From Candidatus Kapaibacterium sp. (GTDB lineage: Bacteria; Bacteroidota; Ignavibacteria; Kapaibacteriales; UBA2268), in assembly GCA_937927515.1 (NCBI GenBank), contig CALBDO010000019.1, forward strand, positions 2,313 to 66,312: a stretch of DNA of 64,000 nucleotides, given 5' to 3'. A model generated the notes under the pieces. The model saw nothing but the letters and a program-made list of their open reading frames with translations. It was not told where the DNA came from and made no database searches. Position numbers and translations under genes: made by a program. This document shows, piece after piece, positions 57,442 to 64,000 of this stretch. Numbering within the stretch: position 1 is the first letter of the stretch; each line of letters starts with the position of its first letter.

Positions 57442-58842
57442 ATGGACAATAATAGTTTAAATAGTAAAGGTGATAATCATTTTGAAAACAACAAAGACAT
57501 ATCAAATATTATTAATGGTGTTCGTGCTACTGCAATCAAAATTTTAAATCGTTTCGAACGAAGTGATTCATATCTCGAGAAACTACTCGATAAAGCAATC
57601 AAAGAAAATAATTTCAATGAGATGGATAGAGCGCTATTGACAGAACTGGTTTATGGAGTAATCCGATGGAAAGCCAAACTTGATTATGTACTTGTCGGTT
57701 TCTATTTTGGTGATTATCTTAAATGCTTAAATGTTGTAAAAAATGCAATGAGAATAGCCCTTTACCAAATTATGTTCCTTGATAGAATTCCTTTGTATGC
57801 CGCAGTAAATGAATCTGTCGAATATGTAAAGCGAATACAAGGGGAAAAAACTGCTGGTATTGTCAACGCAGTTTTAAGAAATATTGCAAGAAATATTGAC
57901 AATATACGCTACCCGGAAAGAGAAGAGGACCTTATTTACCACCTTGCTGTAATGTATTCCTATCCAAGGTGGATTGTAAAACGCTGGTTGGATTATTTTG
58001 GAGAGGAAAACACTGAAAAAATGCTTTTTACCAGCAATAGGAAACCTTACATTACCCTTAGAGTTAACACTTACAAAACAAATTCCGAGTTTGTTATAAA
58101 TGAGTTAAAAAAACTTAATCTGCCTTTTTTCATTTCGCCGTACTACCCTAATTCACTTGTAATTAGAAATCCAAGGTTTGATATAACTTCGCATCCTATT
58201 TATACCCAAGGTCTTGTGACAATACAAGATACTAGTGCAACATTGGCTTCGTTGCTTGCAAACCCACAACCAAATTATCTCATTTATGATATGTGCGCTG
58301 CACCGGGTGGGAAGACTTTTGTCTTTGCAGAACTTATGCAGAACTCTGGCAAAATTGTTGCAATCGACAAGTATCATTCAAAATTAAGGTTTATTAAGGA
58401 GGGAGCGACTAGACTTGGCCTTGCCAACATAGAAACTCTAAGTGGTGATGCAATGAATCTTGTATTTGACACTCCAGCAGATGTAGTTTTTCTCGATGTC
58501 CCTTGTTCCGGCCTTGGTACTATTTCGAGAAATCCAGATATTAAATGGAAAAAAGAACGAGAAGATATTTATAAACTCGCGGAAATTCAAAAAAAGATTC
58601 TTGCGAATGCAACTAAAAACGTAAAAATAGGTGGAGCAATTATATATTCCACTTGTACAACAGAACCTGAGGAAAATGAACAAAATATTGAATGGTTTCT
58701 CAATGAATTTCCTAATTTTACACTCGAACCAGCTGAAAATTATCTTCCCGAAAAACTTTGCCAAAATGGCTTTCTAAAAACACTACCATTCAAACACTTT
58801 ATCGATGGAGCTTTCGCTGCAAGACTTATTAGAACTGAGTGA
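57442..58842 (+). CDS. rsmB: 16S rRNA m5C967 methyltransferase RsmB/Sun
   Basis: NusB-like N-terminus (ELVYGVIRW, NAVLRNI), DMCAAPGGKT, DVPCSGLG and YSTCT. Start moved to MDNN. Confidence 0.94.
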   Translation: MDNNSLNSKGDNHFENNKDISNIINGVRATAIKILNRFERSDSYLEKLLDKAIKENNFNEMDRALLTELVYGVIRWKAKLDYVLVGFYFGDYLKCLNVVKNAMRIALYQIMFLDRIPLYAAVNESVEYVKRIQGEKTAGIVNAVLRNIARNIDNIRYPEREEDLIYHLAVMYSYPRWIVKRWLDYFGEENTEKMLFTSNRKPYITLRVNTYKTNSEFVINELKKLNLPFFISPYYPNSLVIRNPRFDITSHPIYTQGLVTIQDTSATLASLLANPQPNYLIYDMCAAPGGKTFVFAELMQNSGKIVAIDKYHSKLRFIKEGATRLGLANIETLSGDAMNLVFDTPADVVFLDVPCSGLGTISRNPDIKWKKEREDIYKLAEIQKKILANATKNVKIGGAIIYSTCTTEPEENEQNIEWFLNEFPNFTLEPAENYLPEKLCQNGFLKTLPFKHFIDGAFAARLIRTE

Positions 58843-59700
58843 TTCTGCTTTTTTGTTTATAATTCTGTACTTCCTTAAAGAACTATCGTAGCTTGTATTA
58901 GCATAACAATATATACAATCAAACAAACAAGTATTGTAAAAACCTATATCTAAGCTTTTGAAACAAGTACAACCATTCCGAGTTGGTACGACTTTGTAAA
59001 GTTCATTTTCCTTGTTTGTGAATTGGTATGGATTGACGCAACTTGATTTTTTAATATTCAATGCTTTTGCAAGAGAGCCTTCACAACAAAGCTTGAGTTC
59101 AATGTTGTAAGACGATGCAATTTGCATCAACTGACTTATCAACTCAACTTGTTCGTCAAATTCAATGAAGTTTAAAATAACCTTACCATTATTGCTTATC
59201 CGTCTTTTAACTTTTCCGTATAAATCCAAAAAACTAACAATACATGTGCGAACTTTCCCAGAAAGTAATTTGGAAAGTGAAGTGAATTTATCTCTAATAA
59301 AACTTTTCGTCGTTAAGTTTGAAATGATAATAGGGTCGAACCGCCATTTTATGTAATTTTCGCCATATCTGTCGAAAAGGAAATTTACCAGATACAAAAC
59401 TTTACTCAAATTAGCTTTACGAGGTTCAATTTCCTCTGGATAATCATTGATTGTAAAATTGATGTAGTGATTAGACCCAAAAGAATTGTCTATGACATCT
59501 AAGACAGAAATAAGTCCCTTTGGATAACGGCTCCAAAAAACAAATCCCAAGACCTCTTCTGGTGTCAGATTAATTCGCAAAAAATTATGATTGAATGGAT
59601 GCTTAACTGTAGCATATCCAGACTTTAAAACATTCAAAAGCCAACTCGAATAAAAAGCGGGTATATCTGTCCGTCGACTTACGGATATAATATGCTTCAT
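58783..59700 (-). CDS. DUF1848 family protein (radical-SAM/SPL-like, C-terminal CX3CX2C)
   Basis: IISVSRRTDIPAFY, FVFWS, WRFDPI and GCTC...DIGFYNTCLFDCIYCYAN. Confidence 0.88.
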   Translation of the reverse strand: MKHIISVSRRTDIPAFYSSWLLNVLKSGYATVKHPFNHNFLRINLTPEEVLGFVFWSRYPKGLISVLDVIDNSFGSNHYINFTINDYPEEIEPRKANLSKVLYLVNFLFDRYGENYIKWRFDPIIISNLTTKSFIRDKFTSLSKLLSGKVRTCIVSFLDLYGKVKRRISNNGKVILNFIEFDEQVELISQLMQIASSYNIELKLCCEGSLAKALNIKKSSCVNPYQFTNKENELYKVVPTRNGCTCFKSLDIGFYNTCLFDCIYCYANTSYDSSLRKYRIINKKAESLSSNKSCSESSIDKVFEW

Positions 59701-59756
59701 TTTCTACAAGTAACTTAAATGAAAATTTTAAACTACCAGATTTTGAAGAGTGTCTA

Positions 59757-60332
59757 TTATAAATTGTTTGAAACAAAATTCCAATTTACAATACTCCAAA
59801 ACGCTTCTACGAATTTTGGACGGGCATTTCGATAATCAATGTAATAAGCGTGTTCCCAAACATCAAGTGTGAGCAGTGGCTTCTTGCCTAATGTAATAGG
59901 ATTACCAGCGTTACTTGCTGGTAGGATTTCAAGCCTGCCATTTGGTGTTTCGACAAGCCAAACCCAACCAGAACCAAAGAGCGACACAGCAGCATTTGTA
60001 AAATCTTGTCTAAATTGCTCAAAGCTTCCAAAGTTTTTTTCAATTTCTACAAGCAGATTTAAGGGTGGTAAACCACCGCCGTTTGGAGAAAGACAATTCC
60101 AGAAAAAAGTGTGGTTATATGTTTGAGCAGCATTGTTGAAAATAGGACCTTGAGATTTTACAATAATATCCTCGAGAGATAAATTTTCAAATTCTGTCCC
60201 AACGATTAGATTGTTTAAGTTGTTGACATACGCTTGATGGTGTTTACCATAATGATATTCAATGGTTTCTTCCGACATGAATGGGACTAACCCATTCTTT
60301 GGAAATGGCAAAGATGGAAGTTCGAAAGCCAT
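59757..60332 (-). CDS. sodB: Superoxide dismutase, Fe-type
   Basis: YHYGKHHQAYVNNLN, FNNAAQTYNHTFFW (Fe-type AAQ signature) and LDVWEHAYYIDY. Confidence 0.92.
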   Translation of the reverse strand: MAFELPSLPFPKNGLVPFMSEETIEYHYGKHHQAYVNNLNNLIVGTEFENLSLEDIIVKSQGPIFNNAAQTYNHTFFWNCLSPNGGGLPPLNLLVEIEKNFGSFEQFRQDFTNAAVSLFGSGWVWLVETPNGRLEILPASNAGNPITLGKKPLLTLDVWEHAYYIDYRNARPKFVEAFWSIVNWNFVSNNL

Positions 60333-60357
60333 CGCAAACTCCTATTTTATGTTTAAC

Positions 60358-60753
60358 CTACCCTTGGCAACCACAAGTTGGTAGATTGTTAGGATTTGAA
60401 AAGACAAATCCTCTCCCCTGCGCATTATCGATAAAATCCAAAGTTACGCCCATCAGAAAGAACAAACTTCTTCTATCTATAACAATTCGCAAACCTTGAA
60501 CATTAGTTTCCATGTCGTTAAGCGGGTCGAAGTCAGAATCGAAACCCAATGCATAGTTGAAGCCCGAACATCCGCCACCCTGCACAGCCATACGCAAGAA
60601 ATAATTCTCGGGAACATTATTTTGATTTCGAATCTCAATTATCTTTTCCAGAGCTCGAGTCGAAATAAAGATGTCGTCTGCTTCTGTTGCACCTTCTATT
60701 CCTGTCGGAATTCTCTCCACTGTAACTTCAATTTCCTGATTTAAATTTTCCAT
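60358..60753 (-). CDS. A-type Fe-S carrier (IscA/SufA/HesB family)
   Basis: GGGCSGFNY, FVFSNPN and TCGCQG. GGAGG RBS before MENL. Confidence 0.92.
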   Translation of the reverse strand: MENLNQEIEVTVERIPTGIEGATEADDIFISTRALEKIIEIRNQNNVPENYFLRMAVQGGGCSGFNYALGFDSDFDPLNDMETNVQGLRIVIDRRSLFFLMGVTLDFIDNAQGRGFVFSNPNNLPTCGCQG

Positions 60754-60776
60754 ATTGCCTCCTTCAAAAAACAAAC

Positions 60777-61064
60777 TTAATAATCATAATTGACATAACA
60801 ATCATCATCCTGGGGATGGGATTGACAAGTTAAAATAAAGCCTTTATCAATTTCTTCGTCAGTCAAAGCATCCCTTTCATCCATGAAAACTCTTCCACGT
60901 TCCAATTTTGCCATACAACTACCACAGACACCAACCTGACAACTAAAAGGTGGGTCCAAACCAGCACGGAATGCTGCTTGGAGAATACTTTCATCTGATT
61001 CTACTTCAATTGTTTTGATTTCGCCGTATAATTTTATTTTGACAAAATGAACATTATTTACCAT
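60777..61064 (-). CDS. Stand-alone [2Fe-2S] ferredoxin (resembles the PaaE C-terminal domain)
   Basis: PPFSCQVGVCGSC...ILTCQSHP. Confidence 0.88.
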   Translation of the reverse strand: MVNNVHFVKIKLYGEIKTIEVESDESILQAAFRAGLDPPFSCQVGVCGSCMAKLERGRVFMDERDALTDEEIDKGFILTCQSHPQDDDCYVNYDY

Positions 61065-61095
61065 TTCCACCAGACATTGAGATTTAACAACAAAA

Positions 61096-61449
61096 CTATA
61101 GCAAGCCAAGCTCGAAACGAGCTAAATCGCTCATACGAGATTTATCCCATGGCGGGTCAAATGTTATAAATACCTTCGCATCCTTGACATCGGGTATACT
61201 TTTGATAGCATTTTCAACCTCTTCTGGCAAATTTCCAGCTGCTGGACAGTTGGGCGCAGTCAATGTCATTAGCACAACCACTTCATTTTCTTGCGTAATT
61301 TGTAAATCATAGACCAATCCAAGCTCCCAGATGTCAACTGGTATCTCGGGGTCGTACACAGTTTTAATAGCTTTAATTACTTTCTCATACAAATCCTTTT
61401 TCTCCTCGGGTATAGGATTATTTAATGGATTGAATTGATTATTGTCCAT
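61096..61449 (-). CDS. sufT: DUF59 Fe-S assembly protein SufT
   Basis: TVYDPEIPVDIWELGLVY, MTLTAPNCPAA and TFDPPW. Confidence 0.9.
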   Translation of the reverse strand: MDNNQFNPLNNPIPEEKKDLYEKVIKAIKTVYDPEIPVDIWELGLVYDLQITQENEVVVLMTLTAPNCPAAGNLPEEVENAIKSIPDVKDAKVFITFDPPWDKSRMSDLARFELGLL

Positions 61450-61462
61450 TTGTTCACCTTAT

Positions 61463-61903
61463 TTAATCCGACTTTTTATTGCCCAAAGCATCAATGAGAG
61501 TGTGCCAAGCAAGAGTTGCACATTTTACACGAACTGGAAAGTTGCGAACCCCTGCAAATACCGCGAGCTTGCCCAATTTTTCTGTGTTCACTGGCTCATC
61601 TACTTTAGATGTCAATGTGCGATGAAACTCATCGAAAAGACTCTGAATTTCAGCCAATGTCTTACCTTTCAAAACGGTTGTCATAATAGATGCAGATGCC
61701 TTGGAAATTGCACAACCTACTCCTTTGAATTTTACATCCTTAACTACACCATTTTGAACGTTTAGATAAATTTCTATATGGTCCCCACACAATGGATTAT
61801 GTCCCACAGCTTTGTGAGTTGCCTCTTCAAGAACTCCGAAATTTCTTGGATTCTTGTTGTGGTCAAGTATTACTTCCTCATATAATGCGTCAATTTCGTC
61901 CAC
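61463..61903 (-). CDS. sufU: SUF system NifU-like sulfur-transfer protein SufU
   Basis: LYEEVILDH, HNPLCGD, GCAISKASAS and RVKCATL. Confidence 0.93.
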   Translation of the reverse strand: MDEIDALYEEVILDHNKNPRNFGVLEEATHKAVGHNPLCGDHIEIYLNVQNGVVKDVKFKGVGCAISKASASIMTTVLKGKTLAEIQSLFDEFHRTLTSKVDEPVNTEKLGKLAVFAGVRNFPVRVKCATLAWHTLIDALGNKKSD

Positions 61904-61915
61904 GACTAACCTTTT

Positions 61916-63175
61916 TTATTTAAACTTCTCAATTATCTTTTTAAGAGATTTGACAAGTACATCAATTTCTTCGAATGTGTTATAAAATGCAAAAGAAGCT
62001 CTCGAGGTAGCTGGTACACCAAATCTTCTCATTACGGGTTCAGTACAATGATGACCAGTTCTTATTGCAATGCCATCTCTATCTAACAAAGTACCGATAT
62101 CATGAGGGTGGACATTATTCACAACAAAAGAGATAAGACTTGCTTTATTTCGTGCCTTTCCAATAATCTCTACATCTGGAATTTGAGAAATTTGCTCAGT
62201 AGCATAATCAAGTAATTGCTTTTCATACTTATAAATAACGTCTAAACCAATATTTTGAACATATCTTATTGCAGAACCCAAGCCAATAGCTCCCTCGATG
62301 TTAGGAGTTCCAGCTTCAAATTTATGGGGCAATTCATTATAAATAGTTTTTTCGAAGCTAACAGATAGAATCATGTCGCCACCGCCCTGGTAGGGTGGCA
62401 TAGCCTCGAGTAAACTTCGCTTGCCATAAAGAACCCCAATACCAGTTGGAGCATATATCTTGTGACCAGAGAAGGCAAAAAAGTCGCAATCAAGTTTTTG
62501 AACATCAATTGGGATATGCTGTATGGATTGGGCTCCATCGATAAGAACCACAGCTCCTACTTCGTGGCTCCTCGAAATAATATATTCAATTGGATTTACT
62601 GTTCCAAGCGAATTTGATACGTGCACGACAGAGACAATCTTTGTTCTATCCGAAAGCAACTTTTCAAATTCATCAATTATAATTTCACCATTGTCATCGA
62701 TTGGCACCACTTTCAACTTTGCACCAGTTCTTTCACAAATAATTTGCCAAGGGACAATGTTCGAGTGGTGTTCCATAAAAGTTATTAAGACTTCGTCACC
62801 TGGTCGAAGATTAACACTACCATACGAGTGCGCTACCAAATTGATGGCTTCCGTAGCACCACGAGTGAAAATAATCTCCTCCTCATACTTTGCATTAATA
62901 AATACCTTTACAATTTTTCGGGCACATTCATATTCCGTCGTCGAAGCTTGGCTTAGATAATGAACACCCCGATGAATGTTGCTATTTAAATTCTTGTAAA
63001 AACTTTCAATGGTTTTAATCACTTGTTTGGGCTTTTGTGTAGTTGCTGCATTGTCAAAATAAATTAGAGGTTTATCCCAAACCTTTCGTTGAAGTATTGG
63101 AAAGTCCTCGCGTATTTTGTATACGTTAAATGATTTTTTCTTCTCTACGCGTATTTCAAGGTTTTTTGGGTCCAT
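61916..63175 (-). CDS. sufS: Cysteine desulfurase SufS
   Basis: YFDNAATTQKP, EHHSNIVPW, FSGHK, FEAGTP and RTGHHC. Confidence 0.96.
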   Translation of the reverse strand: MDPKNLEIRVEKKKSFNVYKIREDFPILQRKVWDKPLIYFDNAATTQKPKQVIKTIESFYKNLNSNIHRGVHYLSQASTTEYECARKIVKVFINAKYEEEIIFTRGATEAINLVAHSYGSVNLRPGDEVLITFMEHHSNIVPWQIICERTGAKLKVVPIDDNGEIIIDEFEKLLSDRTKIVSVVHVSNSLGTVNPIEYIISRSHEVGAVVLIDGAQSIQHIPIDVQKLDCDFFAFSGHKIYAPTGIGVLYGKRSLLEAMPPYQGGGDMILSVSFEKTIYNELPHKFEAGTPNIEGAIGLGSAIRYVQNIGLDVIYKYEKQLLDYATEQISQIPDVEIIGKARNKASLISFVVNNVHPHDIGTLLDRDGIAIRTGHHCTEPVMRRFGVPATSRASFAFYNTFEEIDVLVKSLKKIIEKFK

Positions 63176-63184
63176 TTTAAAAAA

Positions 63185-64000
63185 TTAAACTTTTGATAAT
63201 TCATTTATAGCGGAACAGAAGTAAATGTTTTCCAAGTTAAGTTTCTTAGCAACCAATTCTTTTAAGATATTTCTTAATTCAGATTGTTCTACCCTTTCTA
63301 AGTTGTTCGAAACAAAAGAGCTTAGTAGTAGAGCTTTTGCCTTTTCCTTTCCTATCCCTCTTGTAGTAAGGTAGAATAAGCTATCTTGGTCGAGAAATCC
63401 AGCAGTTGCACCGTGTGTACATTTAACATCATCTGCATAAATCTCCAATTGAGGTCTTGTATAAACGCGAGCTTCGTTCGAAAGTAGAATGTTTTTATTG
63501 GATTGGTAAGCATTTGTTTTCTGAGCTCCTCTTGCAACATAAATCTTACCATTGAAAACTGAGCGGGCTTGTTCGTTTATTATACCACGATAATCTTCAT
63601 CACTCGTACAAAATGGTTGATTGTGATACAACATTGTATGATTATCTACAAAATTATTGCTAGAAACAATATAAACTCCGTTGAGTTTAGCAGTAGAATT
63701 TATCCCCTCGAATGCCAAATTTACATTATTTCGAACAAATTGTGTTTCAAAAGAAAAGTAATTACTTTTAAAGAAAACTCCAATATCGCATACAACATTC
63801 AGATTATTTAAGAGAATCAAATTAGATAGGTCATATTGCAGGAAACTTATTTCAATACTTGAATTTTGTTTGAGATGCAAATTGATATATTCATTAGCAA
63901 AGACCTTTGAAGCATTATTGCTTTTGAACAAAATAATGATACTTACTTTACTATTCTCTCCTACTTCAATAAAATTTAGGGTATTCGAAAGAGAAGAAGT
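63185..64000 (-). CDS. sufD: Fe-S assembly protein SufD (5' end outside window)
   Basis: Frame open to the window edge. Has SVFNGKI, AQKTNAYQSNKNILLS, PQLEIYADDVKCTHGAT and FYLTTRGI. Confidence 0.93.
   Translation of the reverse strand, partial: TSSLSNTLNFIEVGENSKVSIIILFKSNNASKVFANEYINLHLKQNSSIEISFLQYDLSNLILLNNLNVVCDIGVFFKSNYFSFETQFVRNNVNLAFEGINSTAKLNGVYIVSSNNFVDNHTMLYHNQPFCTSDEDYRGIINEQARSVFNGKIYVARGAQKTNAYQSNKNILLSNEARVYTRPQLEIYADDVKCTHGATAGFLDQDSLFYLTTRGIGKEKAKALLLSSFVSNNLERVEQSELRNILKELVAKKLNLENIYFCSAINELSKV

Noticed and set aside
58783-58842. Frameshift or pseudogene at the rsmB/DUF1848 overlap
   Set aside because: Both ORFs keep their family C-terminal motifs before the overlap, so it looks like a short non-conserved tail extension.
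1-64000. CRISPR arrays, tRNA/rRNA genes, IS elements, integrases, prophage genes
   Set aside because: No regularly spaced repeats, no cloverleaf or T-loop motifs in intergenic DNA (GGTTCGA hits are inside CDSs), and no transposase, integrase or phage-like ORFs.

Overview
AT-rich (about one-third GC by eye), very gene-dense bacterial chromosome segment. It has no rRNA, tRNA, CRISPR array, IS or prophage that I can find. Taxonomy (inference): FCB group, probably Ca. Kapabacteria or Ignavibacteria-like. The clues are T9SS-type C-terminal domains, PorV- and PorE-like genes, DUF2795, TAnnTTTG promoter elements together with GGAGG ribosome-binding sites, and cheW. Housekeeping and energy genes: asd (partial), fbaB, era, metG, ligA, rsmB, mscL, pckA coupled to an aspartate aminotransferase, nuoGHI, cydAB, and a sufD-sufS-sufU-sufT-ferredoxin-iscA-sodB-DUF1848 run. 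The least explained parts are five. (1) A TAT-exported B-C-A molybdoenzyme operon (ttrBCA/srdBCA order) with a non-canonical FS0 motif, C-C-x2-C-x3-S. (2) An ECF sigma module with a propeller lipoprotein, an anti-sigma that ends in a predicted outer-membrane barrel, and a candidate autoregulated ECF promoter. (3) A terminator-bounded four-gene envelope operon: small barrel, Cys-rich lipoprotein-barrel, lipoprotein, and a PorE-like protein with a heavily inserted OmpA-like domain plus a SPOR-like tail; a paralogue lies 4 kb away. (4) An orphan PrkA-like ATPase divergent from cydAB. (5) A T9SS-cargo operon. All family calls come from motif recognition by eye, not database searches. Several starts were moved from the ORF track to the ATG supported by an RBS or by translational coupling.
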